This document shows positions 13,537 through 26,311 of a stretch of DNA of 64,000 nucleotides, piece by piece. This DNA is from Eledone cirrhosa. Taxonomy: Eukaryota. The translations under genes were made by a program, and so were the position numbers. The notes under the pieces were generated by a model. The model ran no database searches. It saw only the letters and a list, made by a program, of their open reading frames with translations, and was not told the DNA's origin. The stretch covers positions 232,190,001 through 232,254,000 of the forward strand of contig OZ024740.1 in NCBI GenBank assembly GCA_964016885.1, written 5' to 3'. Numbering within the stretch: the first letter of the stretch is position 1; every line of letters starts with the position of its first letter.

Positions 13537-14471
13537 GAATAATCGAGAATCGGAATATCAGCCCACGAAATCACGATAAACAATATCCGATATATGTGGC
13601 AGAGGGCTCAATAATTTGGAAAAATCAGAGCTATAACTATCGTTAAAATACCAACACATGGAGATCATGCCTAAAATCCCCCATGCAGCCGAAAAAGAAC
13701 GACCAGGAAGATTCGGGTCACTCAAATAAAATATCAATAAATTAATAAATTAAATGAATGTAAAAAACTCACCCGGACCCGCTAGAAAGGTGTTAAATCT
13801 AGCTTCTTGGGTTTCTGCAATTCCTTAATCCAATCACTATCAGCCAATATAAAAAATATATAAGACTTCTTGAGAAGAGATGAACGAGGAAAGGCTTCTT
13901 CAACGAGTATTTCGTTCCATAATACACAGAGGACCCAAAGCCAAAAAACGCACATGGTATTCAGCAAGGGAGGGAACCACTATATTAGCGAAAGAATTCG
14001 GTGATGTGTAAATTATGTAAGAATACAAATTATCACATATCGAATCAGAGTGCTCAACAGACATGTTAAAAAAACAAGAGCTATTCACCAGTCAATAAGA
14101 TCAACAAAAAAATCATCAATAAAATTAACTGGTCAATAGCTAAGGTCTAGAGCTAAATATAGTAGAATAATCGAGTAATAATAATAAATTTGAAGACTAA
14201 AATCCAAAGAGGGCTCGATAGGGATAAATATATATCAAATATAAAAGAACCATAGAGCAAATATTTATTAAAGTAACAGATTAAAGTTTAAGCAAAGAAT
14301 ATATGTATATATATACATGTATATACCAATGTATATACTGATATATGTATATATATATCAACTAGAAATTGATTGACTTATATATATATATATTTAAAAT
14401 AAACACATGAAACAATCACACCGGATAATTTGTAAAGTGTGTAATCACACATAGCTAGATAGGTAACTAAT

Positions 14472-14574
14472 TAAAGTTTAACTAGAGCTTCAAATATTAC
14501 CTTTTAAAAAATGATTAGTCTTTAAAAAATAATCATTTTTAAAAGGTAATATTCGAAGCTCTAGTTAAACTTTA
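14472..14574. repeat. Short fold-back (about 45 bp arms)
   Basis: TAAAGTTTAACTAGAGCTTCAAATATTACCTTTTAAAAAATGATTA ... TAATCATTTTTAAAAGGTAATATTCGAAGCTCTAGTTAAACTTTA. Confidence 0.85.
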
Positions 14575-14581
14575 TACATAT

Positions 14582-14661
<80 letters not shown>

Positions 14662-14667
<6 letters not shown>

Positions 14668-16400
14668 GTTTGTATATGTATAATAAAGCCAAAACAATGC
14701 AGGTATGGACATAGAATAAAGAATGCAAATGCAAAAGATATTGTTGACAACTAGTCTTTTACCTTAGATTTATTTAAATGTCCTAAATTTTCGAGATAAT
14801 ATCTCTTCTTCAGAGGGAATAAACTTGTCAAACCAGTGTTCTAAATAGCTTGCCAAGTCATCCTGTCAGCATGATTTGATAAAGAATTGAATATTAGCTG
14901 TATACTTTGTGAAATGTTTTATGGAATTTATGCAAGCAGATAGAAAACAAGTCAGTGCGTCTATTTATTATAGAATCTAAATTAGAAATAATGGTAAATT
15001 TTCATTTAGACATAGATTGCAAATTTTTGATAGAGAACTGTTCAAGTATGTAGACGCAGAAGAAACCTTCTTCCAAAAGATGCTATATTTAATATTTTTG
15101 TCTTTCAAGGACCATATGAGTTCTGAGAGAGCCGTGTTGGTTCTTTTAAGTTTGTATTTAAAAGACGAATGATGGTTATAAAGACGAGCTTTAAAAGAGG
15201 TGGAAGTGGTGCCAAAATAGGTGAAGGAATTGGTGTCAGTTATAACTTTACATTCGTAAATTAAGTTTTTATCAAGACAATGGTTGTTGAGAGGACATTT
15301 ATTTTTAATAGGGCAATTGCAATTGCGATTAGAGAGATTATTAATGAGTGACCTAGTGTTATCTATAGAAGGAATTGGATTGGAGAAGTTATTTGCGATA
15401 GGAATAATAGTTTCTTGATTTAGAATGGGATTAAGAACATTTAGCGAAGTTGTGTTTGACGTTGTATTGGGGTTTGTAGAAATTAGCCTAGGGTTTACAA
15501 TGACGTCGGGAGTACTATTATTATGATATTCAGTGTTGGAAGGAAGAGATTTAGTATTTAGTATTTTATTGTTGTGTTTAGAGATAATGTTGGAAATGTT
15601 GGAGGATGTAGAATAGGAAAATTTTATAGTGTGTTAAATATTTTACTATAGATATGTGAGGGAGGGAAGCATTTATTTAAGGCACTAAAGAATAATTTAG
15701 GAATATTGTTATTAATAGAGATGGAGAAAGGAGCATAATACCAGATTATGTTTTTGTATCTAGGTCTTTTATTAAAGTTATTGGAATGATCATGATTAAT
15801 TATTCTACTGTAATTTTTTCTAGAATTTGTTTCTTTACTATATTTAATTTTATCAGGATAGCCGGCTTTAGAAAACGCGTTATTATAGTAATTGGCGTTA
15901 GCATCAAAGATGTTTTTATTAGAAGATAAGTTAGATATTCTTTTTCCAATATTACTAACTATAGCATTCTTGATATTAGTAGGATGGTTAGATTTAAAGT
16001 TAACATAATTTAGGTTCTCATTGTTTTTATGGTAAGGGTAATATAGGCCAGTGTCAAGATTAAGAGATACATCCAAGACATTAGCTAGTTTGATGCTGTT
16101 ATCAAATTCAATTTTTAAGTTATGTTGGTTAAAGAGATTACGTATATTGTTCTTAATAATATTAAGGTTAACTATGTTGCAATTTAAGATAGTAAAGAGT
16201 CCATCGTCACGATAAATTCCACCGCGAAGTTGAGGAATTTTCCGACTGAAAGAGTTCAAAATAAAGATACCAATTAAATCTGTCAATTGGGATGAATCGG
16301 ATGCTCCCATTGTGATGTCGAATATTGGACCAGAGCCGATACCTCTAACATATCTGCATTGCTTTATTGTACTACAATAAAACTCACCTCCTACACACAT
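14662..16400 (-). mobile_element. 5'-truncated Penelope-like element (YRDDG-type RT plus C-terminal GIY-YIG), one frameshift near 15630, stop at 14866-14868
   Basis: FDITMGASDSSQLTDLIG, GGIYRDDGL, FKSNHP; shifted frame gives CNCPIKNKCPLNNHCLDKNLIYEC...TYFGTTSTSFKARLYNH...CNLCLNEK; TA repeats on both sides. Confidence 0.9.
14782..14816 (-). ncRNA. Minimal hammerhead ribozyme in PLE 3' end
   Basis: Reverse complement CCU-CUGAAGA-AGAGAUAUUAUCUC-GAAAAUUU-AGG; loopless palindromic stem III. Confidence 0.6.
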
Positions 16401-16401
16401 A

Positions 16402-16461
<60 letters not shown>

Positions 16462-16647
16462 ATTTAGGTGGTTGATAGCTTCTTAACCACCGTCTCAGTT
16501 TGTATGGCCTTTATAACATATGTTTATTGCTCTGGTCTCTTTTGGTCCATCGAGCGCTTGCCAGACAAATCGGAAATTGAGTTTTTCTTATTTCTACCCG
16601 CCGAAATACGATTCGCGCTGAATTTATGTTTATATACATATATATAC

Positions 16648-16729
<82 letters not shown>

Positions 16730-16878
16730 CAAAGGAATTGTGGTAAGGAACCAGATCGACTATAACGCACCAGAGTACTCAATACTTAGGGTAGTAGAGT
16801 GGGAATTAGGAAAAAGTATGAGTCCAGAAATAGCCGTCGAAAGGGCTTGAGCTCTGCCGTCGGGGTCAACTTTTTCCT
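16730..16878 (+). repeat. Short TA-flanked repeat, family B (also 32452-32657 and 58697-58805 -), carrying an HHR 3' half
   Basis: GTGGTAAGGAACCAGAT.GAC.ATAACGCACCAGAGTACTCAA...CCGTCGAAA(C/G)GGC...GCCGTCGGGG shared. Confidence 0.7.
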
Positions 16879-16897
16879 ATATATATATATATATATT

Positions 16898-17275
16898 CTT
16901 ATGCTTTGGGAGGGTCATGTTGCCAATTTTTCTTTGTATTTGTGCCTCTACTTTGTTCTGTCCTACGCCATTTTGTTTTTGTGTGTTTTGTCAACACACA
17001 CAAAAACACACATAAAAACAAAATGGCGTAGGAGAGGCACAAAAACAAAGAAAAGCATCTCCAGTCACTGAAGAGGTCACAGAATGTGTGACGAAAGAAC
17101 TTTGACAATATATGAACAACCGTCTGGTTATGGAACCAACCAACCAACCAACCGGAAATTTATAGATTTATAAATTCTTAAATTTATAAATTTAATTTAT
17201 AATAAATTGGAGTGAAAGCTACTGGTGCGTGTGTTTCTTATTGGCAACATGACCCTCCCAAAGCGTAACAATATC
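16898..17275. mobile_element. Fold-back HHR element (family of 45695-46116); left arm has an internal deletion
   Basis: TTTGGGAGGGTCATGTTGCCAAT ... ATTGGCAACATGACCCTCCCAAA; central hairpin TCCTACGCCATTTTGTTTT/AAAACAAAATGGCGTAGGA. Confidence 0.8.
17064..17106 (+). ncRNA. Minimal type I hammerhead ribozyme, intact core
   Basis: GTCA-CTGAAGA-GGTCACAGAATGTGTGAC-GAAAG-AA-CTT-TGAC. Confidence 0.8.
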
Positions 17276-17356
17276 GGTTTCAACACACGTTTTTAGATAA
17301 AGAATCTTGCTAAACAAATTCAGAAACGAAATAATATATATAATATAATATTTATG

Positions 17357-17442
<86 letters not shown>

Positions 17443-18525
17443 TGTGTGTGTTTTTGTGTATGTGTGTATGTGTGTGTGTGTGTGTGTGCGTGTAAAATGT
17501 ATGAGACAGGAACAGCCGGGAAATGTGAGACAAAGAGCTGCAGAAATATGAACTAAGGCAATATATAGAAAAAAACAAAACAAAAAAGAAACACAAAAAA
17601 AATAAAACACCAGTCATTTAGAACAATACTAACACGAAACACACTTTAATTCCACGGGTTGACATACACACATGTACAAAGTCACGGTCACGCACACATC
17701 TCTCTATACACTCGCATGTGTACACACGAGAAATTAGCCAGAGGCGCTTGCAGCAATAAAACTGAACAGTAAATGAACGGGTCTAGCATTCTTGCAACAT
17801 TTACCCAAAAAGTTATATTTGATTAGTGTTACACCCAGAAATCCAAAATCATTTTAAACCCACATATTTAATTTCATACCTTAATTCTTAATTGTTTTAA
17901 TTATTTAATTATCTGAAATTTATTTAATCTTTCTTACGAATGTAGCTTTTTGTGACATTTGACTCCCCTTCCGGTAGATTAATTGATAAGTGAATTTTAT
18001 ACCAAACCTCTGATAATTTAACCCAAATCCCTTTGGAATTAGTATTTTGCTTTTTGAACAGTTTCTTGTAGAAATATTAATCCATAAATTTCATGGGTTT
18101 TTTATTGAAGAAAACTTAGTCTTTAATACCGTAATTGACAACCGCAAATATATTTTGTAATTAAGATAATTGTTCCGTGAATCGAATTATGAGATTGATT
18201 GCGGAAAGGCATCCAATTTCAACTAATAAAACTGTTTAATTGCAACTGTCTATGAAGTATATTAAAAGCATAATTATGAAAATAACTTAAATCGAAATAA
18301 AATTATAAATATAGCCCTTATCAATTCTTATATATGAAAAACATTTTCAAAATAAAAAGAAAATGTAACGTGTATGTATTCCACGTATAACGTCAAATAT
18401 TTAAGGAGAGCCAGAATCTTTTAATTTAAACAACATCTACTACAATGATAATAGCGTTAGAAAATCGAGTAAAATACTCTTAGGAACAGAAAATAAGTGG
18501 CCTGCGGTTAGCCAATTATTGTCTG

Positions 18526-18678
18526 CAGACCTGCCAACCGAAACGGGGAGAAATGTGCCAAAATGGGGAGATTTTACATAGTGAAATCTATACCCATTTT
18601 CAAAAGAGAAGACATCTTTTATACACTCAAATGTGGGTGGGAGATCTCCCCGTCGGACGGAGACAGTTGGCAGCTCTG
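18526..18678. mobile_element. MITE with CAGACCTGCCAAC TIRs and perfect 6 bp TSD (TGTCTG)
   Basis: TGTCTG|CAGACCTGCCAAC...GTTGGCAGCTCTG|TGTCTG. Confidence 0.85.
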
Positions 18679-18732
18679 TGTCTGGCCCTAATGATATTTT
18701 AACATATATTCTAACGTTATTATCATTGTAAT

Positions 18733-18916
18733 GGCGGTGAATTGGCAGTATAGGTAGAGAGTTGGACGCCATGCTTTCTCGCATAGTTACGTCTCTTTAC
18801 GGTTTGAGTTCAAATCCCGTCGAGGTTAACTTTGCCATTCACCCTTACGGGGTCGATAAAATAAAGTACCAGTAATACACTGGGTATTTACTGGACTTGT
18901 GCCAAAAGTAGAAACA
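18733..18916 (+). mobile_element. tRNA-derived SINE (family 1)
   Basis: Family consensus match; 16 bp TSD GTTATTATCATTGTAA. Confidence 0.9.
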
Positions 18917-19317
18917 GTTATTATCATTGTAACGTATCTTAATTTGGATTTCAACATTTTAAATATCAAATTACCCAAACGCTGCTGTAAATCATATGAT
19001 TTGTTGAAACAGTAGCATTTATGATTCGATAGAAATTCATAAAAATATAAACATTTTCTAAAAATGCAGCTTCTTAAATATAACATTTTGTCCTTTTGTC
19101 TTTCTTTTGTCACCTCTATTTTTTTCCTATTTGTATCGTTTCTCTTACAACCACTTCTTCCGCCCCTCTTTATTTTCTTTTTACTTCATCGTCCCTCTCT
19201 ATTGTTATTGTTATTTTGAAGCGTCCATTTGCTTTTTTCCTATTCCTTTGTTTTCTACATATTGCCTTTTATGTTTCAAGTATCAAAACAATGACACTAC
19301 ATTATTATTTCTTAATA

Positions 19318-19502
19318 GGGCGGCGGATTGGCAGTATCGGTAGAGGGTCGGAGGCCATGCTTTACAGCATAGAATTACTGCCCTTTATGGTCTGAGTTCA
19401 AATCCCGCCGGGGTTGACTTTGCCTTTCATCCTAACGGGGTCGATAAAGCACCAGTAATGTAATGGGATAATTGCTCGCCTTGTGCCAAATATAGAAACA
19501 AA
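19318..19502 (+). mobile_element. tRNA-derived SINE (family 1)
   Basis: Family match; 15 bp TSD TATTATTTCTTAATA. Confidence 0.9.
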
Positions 19503-19599
19503 TATTATTTCTTAATATATCTAATTAGCTATGATTATAGTAAAACGAACTTGCAGATTATTAGATAATAAATAAAACATGTTTTAAACTCCAAGCACA

Positions 19600-20000
19600 C
19601 CGAGTTCTTTCTTCAATGTGAATTTCCTGTTTATGCAAGGCGAAACATTAAGTTCTGCTCAGTCCTAATGTAAGACGTTGCAGATCCGTGGTGTACATAG
19701 ATGCCTGATACAGAGAGGTGTTGAGTAAAGTGGTTGGAGGAACGGAAGAGACGAGCGATTGGGGTGTCTTTTCCACGTTGTATGTTCCGCAAATGAAACA
19801 CTGGAGCGCATAGACGACGTTGGTAGAGGTGCCTCTGGAAGAATGGCGAATGCAAAAGGAATGTTTCGTAACTATGAGGGTGGCTATGAAGAGACAGGTA
19901 TTACATCATTGATGAGAGAAGGAACTGGAACCAGTTGGTGTCATAGGTAAGAAAGAAAAGGAACTAAACTGTGTAAAAGAAGCTGGACTAAAAACGAAAC
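19600..20000 (-). mobile_element. Degraded PLE GIY-YIG C-terminal remnant (Neptune-like)
   Basis: HLRNIQRGKDTPIARLFRSSNH...TEQNLMFRL resembles the GIY-YIG C-terminus of PLEs. Confidence 0.55.
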
Positions 20001-21653
20001 GGAAAATGGCGGAGTCAGAAATGAGGGTTTGAGAGCAAAGAATGATACGGTGACACACCCCTCTTTCAATAATCTTTCCGTTTCATCTTCCTTTCTTCTT
20101 TACTTATCAGTCCTATGTGCCAACATACTCCTCTCTCAATCATCATCTATACGTTGCATCTATTTTCACCCATCTCACAGCTTTCGATATTTCCAGAGCG
20201 ATCACTGGCCGCTGTTTTCTCTCCGTATGGTTATTTTTAACCGACTTCCATGCTATTGTCATTGACGGCATTCCGCTATATTAATAGCCGTTCCCTGCGT
20301 TCGAGTTTCCAACTTATTTCTATAAATATCTCGTATTTGATTATACTTTATACTTTTGAAAATTCTGTAATATTGAACATACTATGCATTATCTAAAAAA
20401 AACAACTATTCCTTTTGAGATGTACAATTAATTCGCTCTAAAAACATTTGTTAATTGATGAATATGCTTATTTAAACTATAGCTCATGAATGGAATTGTA
20501 AAATCAATTTTTTCTTAACCAGAAGGCCCTATTCGTCATCTCTTCTTTGTTCCATTCTTTCTTTCTTTTCGCTTTTCTTTTATCTCGTATTCTGCACCTT
20601 CATTTTCCTCTTAACTTATTTCCATCTATCATCTTTCACAATTTAATCACTACTATTGGTCAGAACAAACCTCGATTATGTTCTGATGAATAACCTTTGT
20701 TAATGCTTCCCATTAATATTATGAGCCGATTGAATCATTAGTAAGTTGGGAAAGTATATGTTCAAGTTCTTTATTTTCTTATTTCAAATCCTGCTGAGGT
20801 AAAATTTGTCTTTTATCTTCCCGGGTCAACAGGATAAAGAAATTGATTTATCGTCCCTCCACCCAGAAACTGCTGCACTTGTACCTAAATTAGAAGTCAT
20901 TAGTATAATAAAAAGGTTCCCAAGAGTGGCACTTGATATTACATACACAATTAAAACTAACCTGCAATCTAGACAGTAAATATTATGTGTTGTATTCTGA
21001 ATTTTAATTCAAACGTAAGAAATAATAGTGTAAAAAAATTTCTATGTGAAATTCGTTTCAGCTAAAGCAACATATGCACCTTAAAATCCATAACATAAAC
21101 TTAATTAAGGTTAACATATTATTTTGCCAATATTCAATGGGCCCTCCAAATATTAATAATACTGTTTTCTCTGTTACCATCCTCAGCATTTCTACACACA
21201 CCCATGCTCTTCTTTAATAGAAATCGCCTTTCGAAAACCTTTTTGTACTATTTGCCGAGGAATCATATCGGATTGATTGAGAATTTTTTCTTACAAACAG
21301 ATTGTCACACCATAGTAACCTGAAGAAAAATGGTCGAGAAGTGTATACAAATATATATATATATATATATACATATATAATTCGAATATGTGTAGTTTAC
21401 CATACTGGTATGTCAATTCTTCTATCTACCCTGTTTATATACTACCAATACAGATTCTAACTTCATTGTTTCCGAAGGAGACGGTCTTATCGAACCTATA
21501 AATGAAATGTGATAGTAAACAGTTATATAACTGCTATAGATCAATCAATATGTCAATACGATCAACCCTCCGAAATGATCTTAAAACAATGATATGAATA
21601 GGTAAAATAACATGGCTTTGTTGTTATTATTTTCATTGTTAAATTAATACAAA

Positions 21654-21822
21654 GGGCGGTGGATTGGCAGTATCAGTAAAGGGTCGTCATGCTTTGAAGC
21701 ATAGAGTTACGCTCCTTTATGATCTGAGTTCAAATCCCGCCGAGGTTAACTTTACCTTTCATCCTGACGGGGTCGATAAAATAAAGTACCTGTCACACTG
21801 GCCTTGTGCCTATGTAAGAAAG
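21654..21822 (+). mobile_element. tRNA-derived SINE (family 1)
   Basis: Family match; 17 bp TSD CATTGTTAAATTAATAC. Confidence 0.9.
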
Positions 21823-21975
21823 CATTGTTAAATTAATACCTAATATCAGACTCTGTGTCTATGGAATTAACTCAGCAGAACACGGAACCTTTCTATAGAT
21901 TTCAGTGGATTACTCGCTATCAGATTACATTGAATTCTATCCACGGTACGGACCCTACCACGAAGGGGAGACCAC

Positions 21976-22056
<81 letters not shown>

Positions 22057-22613
22057 GTTTGTATATGTATAATAAAGCCAAAACAATGCAGGCATGGACA
22101 TAGAATAAAGAATGCAAATGCAAAAGATATTGTTGACAATTAGTCTTTTACCTTAGATTTATTTAAATGTCCTTAATTTTCGAGATAATATCTCTTCTTC
22201 GAATGGAAGTAAAGCAGTTAAACCAGTGTTCTAAATAGCTTGCCAAGTCATACTGACAGGAAATGGTATAGAGTATCTGTTCTATCTCTAATGTCAAAGA
22301 GTTAAGGTAGGTGGATAAAGAGTAGTCTCCCTTTAAAAGGTTTTTTTTGTTGTACATGCCTGTTTAAATGTGTGGGAGAATGCATGAAGGTGTAAGTATG
22401 TGAGTGTGTGTGTGTGAGAGTGAGAAGATATGTCTATACGTAAATGTGGGGGATAGATGTTATCTCGTGTTAGAACTGGTCTTTGTGTGTGTATGTGTGT
22501 GTGTGAGAGAGAATAAGTGAAGGTGTAAGCGTGTGTGTGTGTGTGCGTGCCGTCGTGTGTGTGTGCATGTGTGTGTGTGTTGGATGTGTGTAAATATGGG
22601 GCTAGAAGCTCTA

Positions 22614-22982
22614 TCAAGTTATAAATTGGGTGTTCAGTTCTAGTCTATTATTGATTGGTGGTCGTGTTTTGTCTATAATTATTGCTTCCTTAATTCTAAG
22701 ATTGCCGAGGTTTCTTTCCTTAGTTTCTATCCTAACTGTTATGGTTTTGTCGGTGTTTTTGCATTTAACTAGGTGTTTCTTAAATGAGGAAGCGTTAGTA
22801 TTGAGGTGTTCTTTTATTCTTATCTGGAGTGGTCTGGTAGTGCTACCTACGTAGAAGTTGCTGCATTCGTCACACTCTAGTCTGTATACGACGTAAGCCT
22901 GGTGGCATACGTCTGTGTCGTTGATGGGGCAGTTGGCTAGCCTGCAGCAGTTGTCATGTCTGGTGGAGTGTCTTTTGGACAA
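22614..22982 (-). CDS. Open GIY-YIG endonuclease domain in the inverted arm (element fragment)
   Basis: CRLANCPINDTDVCHQAYVVYRLECDECSNFYVGSTTRPLQIRIKEH...LRIKEAIII...PPINNR. Confidence 0.75.
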   Translation of the reverse strand: MSKRHSTRHDNCCRLANCPINDTDVCHQAYVVYRLECDECSNFYVGSTTRPLQIRIKEHLNTNASSFKKHLVKCKNTDKTITVRIETKERNLGNLRIKEAIIIDKTRPPINNRLELNTQFIT

Positions 22983-25333
22983 ACGATCACTTAGTTACAT
23001 TCAAAAATTCTGCCTAAGAAAACTCATACAACACCTACACTGCACGCTACAACAACACATACGGACTATTTCCAGCCTTGTACCACAACTCGCTGAAACC
23101 CCAAAACCTCTGTCCAGAGTTATCTCCGCCGCTATAGACAGGTCGTACCACCATCGCCGAGACTACGAGAAAATACGCCTAGCGCAAACATTTCTCAAAC
23201 TCAGCACGGCTAACCGTCTTAACAACATCCCAACTCTAAGCACGAATAGAGGCGAACAAGACGGTACCAACACCGAATCTAGCGGCGCCCCGACCAACAA
23301 CACACCTGACGCAAAACACCTCGTCACAGACTTGACAAGATCCCTCTCCCGAAAGGAATTAGACCTCCTCAGCCTGGGTCCCAAGTTCATATTGAAACAG
23401 AGACTGGACGACAAATTATGGCTCGACATAGAAACGAATTTCTGTCGGGCTGCCTACCAACTAAAATGGATATCGACTCTCGGCAACAATACCATGGAAT
23501 CTAACAAACCCAGATTCCCGATATACCAACTGGATCACCCACCCTGTCCACCGCCTGCCAACCGCGAGCTTGAAGAAAAACTCTCGAGGCTAAAACATTC
23601 CGTATTTAACATCTTACGGAAACAGAAGAAGATAGCCCCAAACCTCTCCAGGACACAACAACTCGCCCTGAAGAACCTACGGAATAGGGAACTTATATAC
23701 TTACCATCCGACAAAGGTAAAGAGTTTTGCGTCATCTCTCAAGCCACATACAACAACCTAGCCTTTGAATACCTAAGCGACAATGAATTATATACAGAGA
23801 TCCCGGACATGACTGCAGCCCAGAACTAAAAACAGAACAACTCCATCTGGTTCGATATCTGTAGGAGAAGACAAATCCCAAATAAAGTTAAGCACAACTA
23901 CACCACTAGAAATAGCAGACTGCCCACTTTCTACCACCTCATCGAGACCCACAAGAATAGTACTAAGACGCAAATAAGACCCATCGTCTCTAGCATAGAA
24001 GGACCCCTATACAAAATTTCCTGGCTCCTCTCCCAGGTCCTCAAGCCTCTACTCTCCACCTTTCCCGGGCATGTCAGTAGCTCCGACGAAGTTATACGTA
24101 GACTACACCAACTCCAGCCAGAACAACTTAAACTAAATAGATACGCCTTTAGCCTCGACGTTGTCTCCCTCTACACTACAGTCCCCGCTCATCCAGCTGT
24201 CGATTTATTGATAGACTGCGTGGTCGCAGAGGACATCCACTGCTACGGCCTCCATCCGACGGACATACACCAGCTTTTGTCCTTCACAGTGGATAACACG
24301 TACTTCACCTTCCACCACCACACATACAGACAGACAACAGGATTACCCATGGGATCCAGCCTATCGGGCCTGCTGGCCATCACCTATATGAACCAGCTAG
24401 AATGCCGAGCCCTCAACACCTGCCATTCCCATACCTTCTTCACCCGATATGTAGATGACATACTCATCCGTACAGCATCCCGTGAGGAGGCAGATAAAAT
24501 ATACACAACATTCTCCAGCATGGACGCCAGTATAAAGTTCAGCATGGAACACCCCGATGACCGCGGATCCCTATCCCTACTGGACTTCCAACTCAGGGTA
24601 ACAGAGGAATGCAACATCCACACCTGCTTCTATAAAAAAGCCGCCAGCAGGGACCTGTTCGTACATTTCAGATCGGCCCTCCCAGCCGGCGCTAAGTTCG
24701 GATACATAAGGAACGAACTACGCGTATCCGGTACAAATGCACCGACGCTAGAGACCGAGACACACACACCACACATTTCCTGGAAGTACTCAAACTTAAC
24801 GGATACACGACATCCACCATAAACCGTGCCAGAAAGAACAGAGGACACCACACCCTAGGCACTAACACTTGCTTCCTGAAGCTACCACACTTCAGTGACG
24901 AAACAACAACAGCCATCCGCAGAGCTATCAGACGAGAGGGACTAGATATCCAACTGGCCCACTCAGGTCCTTCTCTACGCGGACAGCTAACCAAAAGACA
25001 CTCCACCAGACATGACAACTGCTGCAGGCTAGCCAACTGCCCCATCAACGACACAGACCTATGCCACCAGGCTTACGTCGTATACAGACTAGAGTGTGAC
25101 AAATGCAGCAACTTCTACGTAGGTAGCACCACCAGACCACTCCACATAAGAATAAAAGAACACCTCAATACTAACGCTTCCTCATTTAAGAAACATCGAC
25201 AAAACCATAGCAGTTAGGATAGAAACTAAGGAAAGAAACCTCGGCAATCTTGGAATTAAGGAAGCACTAATTATAGACAAAACGCAACCACCAATCAATA
25301 GTAGACTAGAACTCAACACCCAATTTATAACTT
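22983..25333 (+). pseudogene. PLE RT-GIY-YIG polyprotein, disrupted by in-frame TAA at 23827, frameshift near 24722 and a ~19 bp deletion near 25196
   Basis: Track ORFs 22915-23829 and 24208-24822 are one frame interrupted by a single stop. Confidence 0.9.
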
Positions 25334-25939
25334 GATAGAGCTTCTAGCCCCATATTTACACACACCCCACACACACACACATGCACACACACACACACGC
25401 ACGCACACACACACACACATGCTTACACCTCCACTTATTCTCTCTCTCACACACACACATACGCACAAAGACCAGTTCTAACACGAGATAACATCTATCC
25501 CCCACATTTACGTACAGACATATCTTCTCACTCTCACACACACACACATTCACATACTTACACCTTCATGCATTCTCCCACACACTTAAACAGGCATGTA
25601 CAAAAAAAAACTTTTAAAGTGAGACTACTCTTTATCCACCTAACCTTAACTCTTTGACATTAGAGATAGAACAGATACTCTATACCATTTCCTGTCAGCA
25701 TGACTTGGCAAGCTATTTAGAACACTGGTTTAACCGCTTTACTTCCCTCCAAAGAAGAGATATTATCTCGAAAATTAAGGACATTTAAATAAATCTAAGG
25801 TAAAAGACTAATTGTCAACAATATCTTTTGCATTTGCATTCTTTATTCTATGTCCATACCTGCATTGTTTTGGCTTTATTATACATATACAAACGTTTAT
25901 ACCTCATTACACAATGCTTCAAGTGAACTATAACCTCCT

Positions 25940-25984
<45 letters not shown>

Positions 25985-26096
25985 TGATTGGAACTTCTGG
26001 AAGGCAATTCAAATTAATGTAATGTCGCATATACGTTTATTTGTTGTGAAATTCTTGGTCGGAGCTAATCGGACAAATACCCGACTAATCGATAAT

Positions 26097-26168
26097 TGTT
26101 TCTACTTTAGGCACAAGGCCAGCAATTACCTAGTTCATTACTGGTACTTTATTTTATCGACCCCGTAA
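26097..26168 (-). mobile_element. 5'-truncated SINE (family 1)
   Basis: 3' half only; 18 bp TSD ACCCGACTAATCGATAAT. Confidence 0.85.
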
Positions 26169-26311
26169 TCCGATAATAACCCGACTAATCGATAATATTA
26201 GTAAAATATATTTGTAAAACAATGTAACCCTTTTCTCGAATTAGGGAAAAGGCATTAGTCGATTAAATTAATTCCAGTACTTGAGTAGTACATTATCAAC
26301 TCGAATCCAGA

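Larger units (their letters stand above)
22051..25941 (+). mobile_element. Near full-length Penelope-like retroelement with inverted 3' copy (22051-22978 is the reverse complement of 24991-25900)
   Basis: RT motifs PSDKGK, RLPTFYHLIETHK, IRPIVS, SLDVVSLYT, QTTGLPMGSSLS, RYVDD, LLDF; GIY-YIG VVYRLEC..C...YVGSTTRPL..RIKEH; (TA)n on both sides. Confidence 0.95.

Noticed and set aside
22983-25941. Selenoprotein-type (Naiad) PLE with UGA recoding
   Set aside because: The internal stop is TAA, the endonuclease is C-terminal, and I could not fold a SECIS in the 3' UTR
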